Positions 10,477 to 19,458 of a stretch of DNA of 64,000 nt are shown piece by piece. The notes under the pieces are model-generated. The model saw only the letters and a program-made list of their open reading frames with translations, was not told the origin of the DNA and ran no database searches. The first letter of the stretch is position 1; each line of letters starts with the position of its first letter. This DNA comes from an uncultured Bacteroidales bacterium (GTDB lineage Bacteria > Bacteroidota > Bacteroidia > Bacteroidales > Paludibacteraceae): positions 2,576-66,575 of the forward strand of contig CALUML010000001.1 in the NCBI GenBank assembly GCA_944321745.1. Reading direction: 5' to 3'. Position numbers and translations under genes: made by a program.

Positions 10477-12536
10477 GCGGCCGTGGTATTATTCGCCTTC
10501 GGATAAGCAATCCTTGTGTGGTAGATGTTGATGAGTTTCTCCGTGAACACGGCTTTGACCGCTTCCACGTCCTGGAAGGTGATGGGCGCGTCCTTGAACT
10601 GCCCGTCGGCTATCTGCGAGTCGATCATGTCCTCCACCATGTCGGCGATGGCCTTTTCCGTGTACTCTTTCAGGCTGCGCGAGCGGGCTTCCACCGCGTC
10701 GGCCATCATCAGGATAGCCGTCTCTTTGCTGTTGGGCAACGGGCCGGGATAGGTAAAAGCCGCCTCGTTGGGCTTCACGCCCGGGTGGGCGTTGATGAAC
10801 GAGTTGTAGAAATACTTCGCCTTGCTCTGACCGTGGTGCGTGCTGATGAAGCTGATTATCTGCTCGGGCAGGTGGTATTTCTTGGCCATCTGGATGCCGT
10901 TGGGCACGTGGTCGATGATGATGCGTGCCGCTTCCTCGTAGTCCTTTTCCGTCAGCGGGTTCTTGCCGCCCAGCTGGTTTTCGGTGAAGAAGCCGGGTGT
11001 CTTCATCTTCCCGATGTCGTGATACAACGCCCCGGTGCGCACCAGCAGGCTGTTGGCACCAATCTTCTTGGCCGCCTCGGTGGCGATGTTGGACACCTGG
11101 AGCGAGTGCTGGAACGTGCCGGGAGCCGTCTCGGCAAAGCGCAGCATCAGTTCGCTGTTGATGTTCGTCAGTTCCACCAGGGTCACGCTGGATATCAGCC
11201 CGAATATCTTTTCAAACAAATAAATGAGGATGTAGGCAAACAGCAGGAACATGCTGCTGATGGCGAAGTAGACCAGCACCACCCAGTCGATGCGCCCCAG
11301 GCCCCCTTCCGCCATGAGCCCGTAGGCCACGTACATCACCGTGTACGTGATGAAGACGTACAAGGCCGTTTGCGCCAGTTGCGAACGTTGCGCCAGGTCG
11401 CTCAGGCTGGTCACCGCCAACATGCCCACCGCCACCTGCAGCATGAGGAAGAGGAACGGGTCGGCCACCATGAACGAGATGATGATTGAAGCCACCATGT
11501 GCACGAACAAGGCCGTGCGCGAGTCGAAGAACACCCGGATGATGATGGGTATCAAGGCGTAGGGCACCATGTAATAGCTGATCATGCCGCTTTGGAAACG
11601 CACGGTGAGCGAGGCCAGCGCGACCACGATGAGCAGCAACAGGAGTACCAGCAGCAGGTTTCCGTAGCTGTCGTATATGCGGGGGCGGAACACGTAGAAG
11701 TAGGCAAACAGCAGCATCATGAAGCTCAGCACCAGCACTACGCGGCCTGTCGTGCCCGCCACCAGTTGCGGTTTGCTGTCGACCGCCTGGTCATCGTACT
11801 GCATCTTCAGGGAGGCCAGCACGGCACCAATCTCCGGAGTCACGATTTCACCCCGGTCAATGATGCGTTCGCCCGCCTGCACCACTCCCATGGTGAGCGA
11901 CAGGCTGCCCAGCAATTCCGCCTCGGCCGTTGACGAGGCCACCGTGTCGCGGCTCACGTTTTCCACCACGTACTCACTCAGGTTGTACGAGGCCAGCACG
12001 TTGCGGTCGGTCGCCACGTCCGTGTTCAGCAACTCTTCATAAGCCTCCTTGGGCGTGAGGAATCCGTCCACCGGCATCGAGCGCGTCATGCGGTCCGGGT
12101 AGATGCAATACACCCGCTCCACGCCCTGCTGCCGCAAGGCCTCGCGGTCTTCCGAAGCCATCACCCCCCGGGCATACACCTCGCCCAACCGTTGCCGCAC
12201 CATCTTCTTCTGCATCGGCTGGTAGCCGTTGCGCCGTTGGAAGTCGGCCACGAACCGCTCGTACTGCATCGAAGCCTTGGCCGTGTCCATGCGGTAATAA
12301 GGAACGAAGTCGCGCAGTAGTTCCGCGCGGTCGTGCGCCAGCTGCTCGTCGCTTTTGTACACCGGGAAGTCGAACGGCGCCACCACTTGCTCGTGCATCC
12401 ACGGCCTGCCTACCTCGTACTTGTAACGGAACGCATCGTGCGAAGGGAACAGCTGTACGATGATGATGACCGTGCACACGAACAGACCGCACTTGAACAC
12501 GTTCTGCATGTGCCGCTTCGTCAGTTGGAGTTTCAT
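10392..12536 (-). CDS. 7TM-HD membrane phosphohydrolase (PgpH/YqfF-like cyclic nucleotide phosphodiesterase)
   Basis: Extracellular 7TMR-HDED region, 7 TMs, APGTFQHS, YHDIGK and ADAVEA motifs. Start placed at MKLQL because the TTG at 12560 lies in a repeat. Confidence 0.9.
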   Translation of the reverse strand: MKLQLTKRHMQNVFKCGLFVCTVIIIVQLFPSHDAFRYKYEVGRPWMHEQVVAPFDFPVYKSDEQLAHDRAELLRDFVPYYRMDTAKASMQYERFVADFQRRNGYQPMQKKMVRQRLGEVYARGVMASEDREALRQQGVERVYCIYPDRMTRSMPVDGFLTPKEAYEELLNTDVATDRNVLASYNLSEYVVENVSRDTVASSTAEAELLGSLSLTMGVVQAGERIIDRGEIVTPEIGAVLASLKMQYDDQAVDSKPQLVAGTTGRVVLVLSFMMLLFAYFYVFRPRIYDSYGNLLLVLLLLLIVVALASLTVRFQSGMISYYMVPYALIPIIIRVFFDSRTALFVHMVASIIISFMVADPFLFLMLQVAVGMLAVTSLSDLAQRSQLAQTALYVFITYTVMYVAYGLMAEGGLGRIDWVVLVYFAISSMFLLFAYILIYLFEKIFGLISSVTLVELTNINSELMLRFAETAPGTFQHSLQVSNIATEAAKKIGANSLLVRTGALYHDIGKMKTPGFFTENQLGGKNPLTEKDYEEAARIIIDHVPNGIQMAKKYHLPEQIISFISTHHGQSKAKYFYNSFINAHPGVKPNEAAFTYPGPLPNSKETAILMMADAVEARSRSLKEYTEKAIADMVEDMIDSQIADGQFKDAPITFQDVEAVKAVFTEKLINIYHTRIAYPKANNTTAAAPSNSLGPLNSPQGGALDSQEETNDKA

Positions 12537-12547
12537 ATCTTTCTTTA

Positions 12548-12705
12548 TTTCAGATTTCAAATTGCAGATTGCAGATTAAGCGTTCCCGCAGATGGCGCAG
12601 ATGGGACGCAGATGGTTTTCTCTGCCGTAGGGCGATGCCCTACGCTGAGTGCCACAAGGCCGTTGGCCTTGCTACCCCTCGCCTCTCACTCCTTACCCCT
12701 CGCCC
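12548..12705. repeat. Composite repeat: TTTCAGA heptamers, CGCAGAT nonamers, a 46-bp REP (12626-12671) and CCTCTCA heptamers
   Basis: Read directly; the same modules recur at 21201, 28990 and 62816. Confidence 0.85.
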
Positions 12706-12816
12706 CTGCATGGTGGCTCCGTATCTTGCGCAAAAATAGGGATATTATTTAAAAGCCGCAACGTCAGCGCGGGAGGTTTTCCATTTCGCGGACCCGGCTT
12801 TGTTTCCCCCTGCTGC

Positions 12817-13599
12817 CTATTCTTCCTTCTTCGCTTCCTCCCATATCGCGTCCATTTCGGCGAGGGACATCTGCTTCAGGTCCTTGCCTTGGGCGAGGGT
12901 GCGGCTTTCCAGGTAGTTGAACCGCTTGATGAACTTGCGGTTGGTGCGCTCCAGGGCGTTCTCGGGGTTGATGCCGTAAAGGCGGGCGGCGTTGACCAGG
13001 CTGAACAGCAGGTCGCCGAACTCGGCCTCCATGCGGTCCTCGTCCATCGAGGCAACCTCGGCCTTCAGCTCCCCGTATTCCTCGGCCACTTTGTCCCACA
13101 CCTGGTCGCGCTGCTCCCAGTCGAAGCCCACGCTGCGCACCTTGTCCTGTATGCGGTGCGCCTTGATGAGGGCCGGCAGCGAGCGGGGCACGCCCGCCAG
13201 CACCGAGCGGTTGCCGCCTTTTTCCTTCAACTTGAGCTTCTCCCAGTTCTGCATCACCTGCTCGCTGCTGTCGGCATCCACCTGGCCGAATATGTGCGGG
13301 TGGCGGTATATGAGCTTTTCGCACAAGGCGTTGCACACGTCGCAGATGTCGAAGTCGCCCGTTTCGCTGGCTATCTTGGCGTAGAACACGATGTGCAGCA
13401 ACACGTCGCCCAGTTCCTTCTTGATGTTGGCCATGTCGTGGTCGGCTATGGCGTCGGTCAGTTCGAAGCACTCCTCGATGGTGTTCGTGCGCAGGCTGTC
13501 GAACGTCTGTTCCCTGTCCCACGGGCATTTCACGCGCAGTTCTTCCAATATGTCGAGCAGCCGCCCGAACGCTTGCAGTTTTTCTTCTCTCGTATGCAT
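12817..13599 (-). CDS. mazG: Nucleoside triphosphate pyrophosphohydrolase MazG
   Basis: CPWDREQT, ELGDVLLH, HPHIFG and EFGDLLFSLVN motifs; TACCTTTG promoter at 13638-13631 supports start MHTREEK. Confidence 0.95.
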   Translation of the reverse strand: MHTREEKLQAFGRLLDILEELRVKCPWDREQTFDSLRTNTIEECFELTDAIADHDMANIKKELGDVLLHIVFYAKIASETGDFDICDVCNALCEKLIYRHPHIFGQVDADSSEQVMQNWEKLKLKEKGGNRSVLAGVPRSLPALIKAHRIQDKVRSVGFDWEQRDQVWDKVAEEYGELKAEVASMDEDRMEAEFGDLLFSLVNAARLYGINPENALERTNRKFIKRFNYLESRTLAQGKDLKQMSLAEMDAIWEEAKKEE

Positions 13600-13702
13600 G
13601 TCTGTCGGATATATATTTGTTAAAGATGTGCAAAGGTACGCCATTTTGCCCGCCTTTGTTCCACGGATTAAGGAGAAAATGCGGATATTTGCAAATGGTA
13701 GG

Positions 13703-13864
13703 GCACACGGATCAGACCGATCAAACGGATTAACACGGTTTTTTTCAGGGAACGCGAATAACGCAAACAAGCACAAATAGGCGCAAATCTGCGTTCATCT
13801 GCGCCTGTCTGCGGGAAACAATCCATCCGCGTCATGCCGTTCCATCCGCTCCATCCGTGTTCCC
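13703..13864. repeat. Nested inverted nonamer tracts (CACGGAT...ATCCGTG; CGCGAAT; ATCTGCG)
   Basis: Outer cacggatc..acggat arms pair with atccgc..atccgtgttccc; inner aatctgcg tract. Confidence 0.7.
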
Positions 13865-13887
13865 ATTTTCGTAAAACATCACAGCGT

Positions 13888-14778
13888 ATGGACAAAATCG
13901 TGGAATGCGTGCCCAACTTCAGCGAGGGGCGCGACTTGCAAAAGGTGGAACAAATCGTAGATGCTTTCCGTGGCCGCGAAGGCGTGAAACTGTTGGATTA
14001 CAGCAACGACCGCGACCACAACCGCATGGTGGTGACCGCCGTGGGCGCACCCGAAGCCATGAAGGAGGCCGTCGTGGATGCCGTGGGGCGGGCGGCGCGG
14101 CTCATCGACCTGACGCGGCACACGGGCGGGCATCCCCGCATGGGGGCGGCAGACGTGGTGCCCTTCATCCCCGTGCGGGGCATGGAGATGGACGAGGCCG
14201 TGGCCCTCTCGCGCGAAGTGGGGCAAGCCGTGGCCGAGCGGTACGGCATCCCCGTGTACCTGTATGAAAAATCGGCCTCCGCGCCCCACCGGGAGAACCT
14301 GGCCGACGTGCGCCGGGGGCAGTTCGAAGGGCTGGCCGAGAAGATGGCACGCCCCGAGTGGCGGCCCGACTTCGGCCCCGCACGCCCTCACCCCACCGCC
14401 GGGGCGTGCATCGTGGGGGCCCGCATCCCGCTCATTGCCTACAACATCAACCTCAACACCGACCGGCTCGACGTGGCGCAGGCCATCGCCCGGCGCGTGC
14501 GCCACTCCGGTGGCGGGCTGCGCTACTGCAAGGCCATGGGGGTGGCGTTGCACGAGAAAGGCATCGTGCAGGTTTCCATGAACCTCACCGACTACACGCA
14601 CACGGCCATCTACCAGGTGCAGGAGCTGGTGCGCATCGAGGCCGCACGCTACGGGGTGACGCTGGCCGGGGGCGAGCTCATCGGCCTCATGCCCCTCGGC
14701 GCGCTGCTCGACACGGCCTCCTACTACCTGGGGCTGGACAGCCTCACCCCCGACCGCATCCTGGAGATGAACTGCTGA
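13888..14778 (+). CDS. ftcD: Glutamate formimidoyltransferase
   Basis: ECVPNFSEGR, DHNRMV, HPRMGAADVVPF and QVSMNLTD motifs. Confidence 0.94.
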   Translation: MDKIVECVPNFSEGRDLQKVEQIVDAFRGREGVKLLDYSNDRDHNRMVVTAVGAPEAMKEAVVDAVGRAARLIDLTRHTGGHPRMGAADVVPFIPVRGMEMDEAVALSREVGQAVAERYGIPVYLYEKSASAPHRENLADVRRGQFEGLAEKMARPEWRPDFGPARPHPTAGACIVGARIPLIAYNINLNTDRLDVAQAIARRVRHSGGGLRYCKAMGVALHEKGIVQVSMNLTDYTHTAIYQVQELVRIEAARYGVTLAGGELIGLMPLGALLDTASYYLGLDSLTPDRILEMNC

Positions 14779-14827
14779 GGGGCGTGTGTCTCCCGTTTTG
14801 ATGCCCCACCATGCGCCCGTTATTTTC

Positions 14828-14915
14828 GTGCCTGCGGAAATTTTACGGCGTTACTACGGAATTTCCGCCGCGTGCCTACGGAATTTCCGCCGCGTGCCTA
14901 CGGAAATTTCACGCC
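14828..14915. repeat. Four tandem 22-bp units (GTGCCTACGGAATTTCCGCCGC)
   Basis: Units start at 14828, 14850, 14872 and 14894; internal CGGAA-T-TTCCG palindrome. Confidence 0.85.
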
Positions 14916-15034
14916 GGACGGACAAAAAAATCACGTGCCCCGCGCCCCATCTCTTGCCGCGTGGCACGATTGTTGTTATTCCATACATGGAAAAACATCC
15001 CCACACCAAACAAATAAAACAGGAGGAACATCAT

Positions 15035-16408
15035 ATGAAACGCTTTCAACTTATCGCAACCGCCCTGTTGCTCCCGCTGCTGGGACACGGGCAAGCGTTC
15101 GTGGACGACATCTATTATTCGCCCGGCGATGAAAACGCGCAGGCGGAAACTCCCAAGGCCGAACCGGCCAACTACAAGAACGGTGCCAAGGAAATCGTGT
15201 TCATCGACAGCAACTCAGGCGAGGAGCTGTATCTGGACACGGACACCATTTTCCTGGACAACGGCCCGGCGGAAGACGAAACGGCCGAAGCCGACGCGCA
15301 ACTGGCCGAAGCCGACGCGCAGGTGGCCGAAGCCGCCGGGGAAGAACCCCTGCCCGACGGCGAATACACCACCCGCATCAAGCGGTTCCACCGCCCCGGC
15401 ACCATCATCATCACGGATGCCGACTACGTGGACGTGGCCTATGACGACGATGGCGGCACGGACGTATATATAAATATGTATGGCGACTACGACCCCTTCT
15501 GGTGGGATTACCCGTCGTCCTGGTGGTACTGGGGAAGGCCCTACTACGCCGGCTACTGGGGATGGTACGACCCGTGGTACTGGAACTGGGGCTGGAATTG
15601 GGGCTGGAACTCCTACTGGGGGTGGTACGCCGGCTGGGGATGGTACGACCCGTGGTACAGCCCCTATTGGGGATGGGGGTACCCGCATTACCATCACCAC
15701 CACCATTACTACCACCCGCACTACTACCACGACCACCACTACGCCTACAACGGCAACCGCCGCACATCGAGCGGCACGGCCAGCCGCACGGCAGCCACCA
15801 CAGGCAGCCGCACCACCGCCTCCGCCACGCGCACGGCAGCCGCCTCCACCACGGGACGCACCGTGGCGGGACGCAACACCTACACCATCGTGGGCGGCAG
15901 CAGCAACGGGCGCACCGTGCTGCGCACCACGGGCAGCCGCACGGCCACCACCACGGCCACGGCCCGCACCAACGCCACCGCCGTAAGAAGCTCGGCCACC
16001 GCCTCGCGCACCGCCACCGCCACCCGCAGCTCGGCCACCGCCGGCACCCTGCGGAGCAATGCCACCACGGCGCGCACGGCCACGCGCTCCACGGCCACCA
16101 CGCAGCGCAGCACCATCAGCACGCAGCCGCGCACCACGACCTCCTCGTCGCGCAGCACGTACGCCACCCCGCGCAGCAGCAGTAGTACGACCCGCTCGTC
16201 CTACTCCACGCGCAGCACGTACAGCTCGCCCAGCCGGTCGTCCTACTCGTCTGGGCGGTCGTCCTACTCGCCCAGCCGTTCCTCGTACTCGTCCGGACGG
16301 TCGTCGTCCTATTCCCCCAGCCGTTCATCGGGCGTGAGCCGTTCATCGGGCTTCTCCGGCGCACGCAGTAGCGGCGGAGGCGGACGCAGCAGCGGAGGAA
16401 GAAGGTAA
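15035..16408 (+). CDS. Secreted low-complexity protein (Trp/Tyr/Gly-rich core, poly-His, Ser/Thr/Arg tail)
   Basis: Signal peptide MKRFQLIATALLLPLLGHGQA; DDIYY and EYTTRIKRFH motifs; codon usage is typical of the window. Confidence 0.8.
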   Translation: MKRFQLIATALLLPLLGHGQAFVDDIYYSPGDENAQAETPKAEPANYKNGAKEIVFIDSNSGEELYLDTDTIFLDNGPAEDETAEADAQLAEADAQVAEAAGEEPLPDGEYTTRIKRFHRPGTIIITDADYVDVAYDDDGGTDVYINMYGDYDPFWWDYPSSWWYWGRPYYAGYWGWYDPWYWNWGWNWGWNSYWGWYAGWGWYDPWYSPYWGWGYPHYHHHHHYYHPHYYHDHHYAYNGNRRTSSGTASRTAATTGSRTTASATRTAAASTTGRTVAGRNTYTIVGGSSNGRTVLRTTGSRTATTTATARTNATAVRSSATASRTATATRSSATAGTLRSNATTARTATRSTATTQRSTISTQPRTTTSSSRSTYATPRSSSSTTRSSYSTRSTYSSPSRSSYSSGRSSYSPSRSSYSSGRSSSYSPSRSSGVSRSSGFSGARSSGGGGRSSGGRR

Positions 16409-16416
16409 GTGCGAGT

Positions 16417-16515
16417 TTAAAGGTGGAAAGTATAAAGGTGAAAGTATAAAGGGAAAAGTATAAAGGGAAAAGGGTGAAAGCGCTACCCGCTCCTCGCTAC
16501 CCGCTTCCCGCTACC
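16417..16515. repeat. Heptamer tracts (TAAAGGG/AAAGTAT, then GCTACCC)
   Basis: 7-bp periodicity throughout the gap. Confidence 0.75.
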
Positions 16516-16532
16516 AAATAAAAATCCAAACA

Positions 16533-18158
16533 ATGAAAAGAAACATCATATCCGCCCTGCTGCTATGCGGATGCGTAGGCTGGGCACAAGCGCAAATCAC
16601 CGAGTTCGACGCCATGGCGGCGGCCAAGACCGACCTCAACGGCACTGCCCGCTACATGGGCATGGCCGGGGCGTTCGGGGCATTGGGCGGCGACGTGTCC
16701 GCCATCAAGGACAACCCCGCCGGGCTGGGCATCTACCGCAGCTCGGAAGTGACGGCCACTTTCGGCTTCCGCACGCAGAACACCGCCTCCAACTGGAACG
16801 GCTCGACAGACAGCGACGGACGCTTCAAGTTCACGTTCGACAACGTGGCCGCCGTCACCGCCTTCCCCACCTGGGCGGGGCGCAACGGCGGCAGCGGCCT
16901 GCTGCAATCCAACTGGAGCCTGTCGTACAACCGGCTGAAAAGTTTCAACCGCCGCATGAGAGTGGGGGCAAACGGCTTGGGAAGTTCCATGACCGACTAT
17001 CTGGCAGGCTTCACCAACGGGCTGACTCCCTACGACCTCACGTATGTGAACAATGAAACGGAGTATTACGACCCGTTTGAAAGTGCCGATATACCTTGGC
17101 TTTCGACCATGGCATATGAGACGTTCCTTATCAATAATATCTCCGGCACAGACCCTGCAACGGGCGCAACCGTGGATACCGACCAATGGGCATCGGCCTT
17201 GTTTGAAGGCGAAACCGTGAATTCCAATTATTACCTGGAGGAAAGCGGCGGCATCAGCGAGTTTGCCGTCAGCTGGGGCGGCAACATCAGCAACGTGGTA
17301 TACCTGGGGGCTACATTGAACTTTCAAAGTGTGAACTACCGCATGACGAGCCGCTATGCTGAAGACTTCGGGATGGGAACTGAACTGGGCGAAGGCTTCA
17401 CGCTGGACAACAACATTCGCACCAGCGGGCTGGGCATCAACGGCAACTTCGGCATCATCGTGCGCCCGGTGGACTTCCTGCGCATCGGGCTGGCTTATAA
17501 AACACCCATGCGATACAACCTGACCACGACCAACGACGGCGAAATGTATTCCACCATGCTCACCGATGGGAGTGTGCGCATCGCCGAGGGAGAAGGCTCG
17601 TTGCAGGATTACAACTCTGCCCCTGCCTCGGAAAACCAATATGATTACGAAATCCACGTGCCGGGCAAGCTCACCGTGAGCGCGGCGTGGATTATCGGCA
17701 AGAAGGCCATCGTGAGTGCCGACTTCGGCTATACGAACTACCGCAACTTGAAGATGTACGATATGGAAAACGCGTACTACTACGACGAGTACAACGATGC
17801 CATCCGCGAGACGTTCAGCAACGCCTACGAAGTGAACGTGGGGGCGGAATACCGCATCACCGACCATGTGTCCGCCCGCCTGGGCTACGCCCTGGAAACG
17901 GCCACGATGAAGCAATCGGCCATCAAGATACCGCAACTCAACACCGCCCGCACCGACCTGGAATACTTCCGCAACCGGGGTACGAACTACATCACCGCCG
18001 GGCTGGGCTACCGGGGCAACGTGTGGTACATCGACGCGGCCTTCGTGTACAGCGACCTGCACGAGGACTTCATCCCCTACAACACCCTCGACAGCGACCC
18101 CGCCACCCTGCACACCCGCCACTACAACGTGGTGGCCACGATAGGTTTCCGCTTCTGA
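16533..18158 (+). CDS. OmpP1/FadL/TodX-family outer-membrane beta-barrel
   Basis: GTARYMGMAGAFGALGGD...NPAG motif and C-terminal IGFRF. Confidence 0.88.
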   Translation: MKRNIISALLLCGCVGWAQAQITEFDAMAAAKTDLNGTARYMGMAGAFGALGGDVSAIKDNPAGLGIYRSSEVTATFGFRTQNTASNWNGSTDSDGRFKFTFDNVAAVTAFPTWAGRNGGSGLLQSNWSLSYNRLKSFNRRMRVGANGLGSSMTDYLAGFTNGLTPYDLTYVNNETEYYDPFESADIPWLSTMAYETFLINNISGTDPATGATVDTDQWASALFEGETVNSNYYLEESGGISEFAVSWGGNISNVVYLGATLNFQSVNYRMTSRYAEDFGMGTELGEGFTLDNNIRTSGLGINGNFGIIVRPVDFLRIGLAYKTPMRYNLTTTNDGEMYSTMLTDGSVRIAEGEGSLQDYNSAPASENQYDYEIHVPGKLTVSAAWIIGKKAIVSADFGYTNYRNLKMYDMENAYYYDEYNDAIRETFSNAYEVNVGAEYRITDHVSARLGYALETATMKQSAIKIPQLNTARTDLEYFRNRGTNYITAGLGYRGNVWYIDAAFVYSDLHEDFIPYNTLDSDPATLHTRHYNVVATIGFRF

Positions 18159-18172
18159 TGCAGAAGGCGAAC

Positions 18173-18252
18173 AACGCAAACAACACGAATGGACGCAAAT
18201 GCTTGAACCAGTTTGACGGTTCTTATTTGCGTCCATTCGTGTTGTTTGCGTT
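18173..18252. repeat. Perfect 28-bp inverted repeat built from nonamer units
   Basis: aacgcaaacaacacgaatggacgcaaat (18173-18200) pairs with 18225-18252. Confidence 0.85.
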
Positions 18253-18416
18253 CTTGTCTTATTCCACCACAAGCTTGCACTGGGCGGGCCATTCCGCGTG
18301 CTTCCTTATTTCGACACGCCTTCATGTCAGACCACAAAATCGGGCTTATAACGCGTTCTTATCCCAAACGAGCACCAATCCAAGACCTAAAATCCCCGAA
18401 ATTCCCCTTTATTTCG

Positions 18417-18424
18417 TACTTTTG
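18417..18424 (+). promoter_or_regulatory. -7 promoter element (TACTTTTG)
   Basis: TAnnTTTG about 25 nt before GTG 18448. Confidence 0.6.
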
Positions 18425-18447
18425 CAACCGGCAAAAACATTCCACCC

Positions 18448-19449
18448 GTGAACAAGATAAAATTCTGGTTTAACAACGCACGCCCCACCTCGCTGCCGCA
18501 AAGCCTCGTGCCTTCCGTACTGGCCGTGTGCATGGCCTTACAGGCCGATGGCTTCTCCTGGTGGCTGAGCACCTGCGCGGTGCTGGGAGTCATGGCCGCC
18601 CATCTGGCCCTGAACCTATTCGACGACTATTTCGACTACATCAAGAAGCAGTCCGGATACCGGGACGAACTGAAGCACGAAGGCTTCCGGGCGCGCATCG
18701 GCAAATGCCCTTATCTCACTTCAGGACAGGCCACACTGAAGCAACTGCTTGCTGCCTGCGTCATCCTGTCCATCATCGCCTTCTCGTTCGGCTCCGTAGT
18801 GCTTTACTTTCGGGGCGACCTCGTGCTTTACATCGTGGGTGCCACCATCTTGCTGGGCTTTTTCTATTCCGCCCCTCCATTGCGACTGAGCTACCACGGA
18901 CTGGGCGAATTGGTCATCGGCACGATATTCGGCCCGCTCAACATGGCGGGCACGTACTATGCCGCCTGCGGCGAGATGAGCAACGCCGTCGTACTGGTGT
19001 CCGTGCCGGTGGGGCTTCTCATCATGAACATCATCTATGTGCACTCCATCCTGGACTTCGTGCCCGACAAGAAAATTGGTAAAAAGACGCTGGCCGTGCT
19101 GCTGGACAACCCCACGGCTATGCTGGCGGTGCAAGGAGTCATCGTGTTCGCACCGTTTGCCCTCGTGTCCTATGGCATCGTGACGCACCTGCTGCCGCCC
19201 GCCTATTGGTTCACCTTTCTTACGCTGCCGCTGGCCGTGTCGCTATTCTACATGATGGTGGAGTATGTGAAGCACCCCGAGCGTACCTTCACACCCAAAC
19301 CCTGGATGGGACCGTTCAACGGCTGGGAGCGCATCACCCGGGCCGGCATCGAGTGGTTCATGATACGCTGGCTGTCGGCACGCAACCTGTTGGCATTCTT
19401 CTGCCTCATCATCATTATCATTAACATAGTCACGTCCATCTTGAAATAA
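18448..19449 (+). CDS. UbiA/MenA-family prenyltransferase
   Basis: ARPTSL, NLFDDYFD, FFYSAPPL, GLGEL and DKKIGKKTLAV motifs; multiple TMs. Confidence 0.88.
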   Translation: MNKIKFWFNNARPTSLPQSLVPSVLAVCMALQADGFSWWLSTCAVLGVMAAHLALNLFDDYFDYIKKQSGYRDELKHEGFRARIGKCPYLTSGQATLKQLLAACVILSIIAFSFGSVVLYFRGDLVLYIVGATILLGFFYSAPPLRLSYHGLGELVIGTIFGPLNMAGTYYAACGEMSNAVVLVSVPVGLLIMNIIYVHSILDFVPDKKIGKKTLAVLLDNPTAMLAVQGVIVFAPFALVSYGIVTHLLPPAYWFTFLTLPLAVSLFYMMVEYVKHPERTFTPKPWMGPFNGWERITRAGIEWFMIRWLSARNLLAFFCLIIIIINIVTSILK

Positions 19450-19458
19450 CCCCGGCTT

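Noticed and set aside
14786-15034. N-terminal extensions in the ORF track (also mazG, pyrH, rpsH, the LRR and DUF3244-like genes)
   Set aside because: They run through repeats or promoters; downstream ATGs fit signal peptides and known N-termini better.
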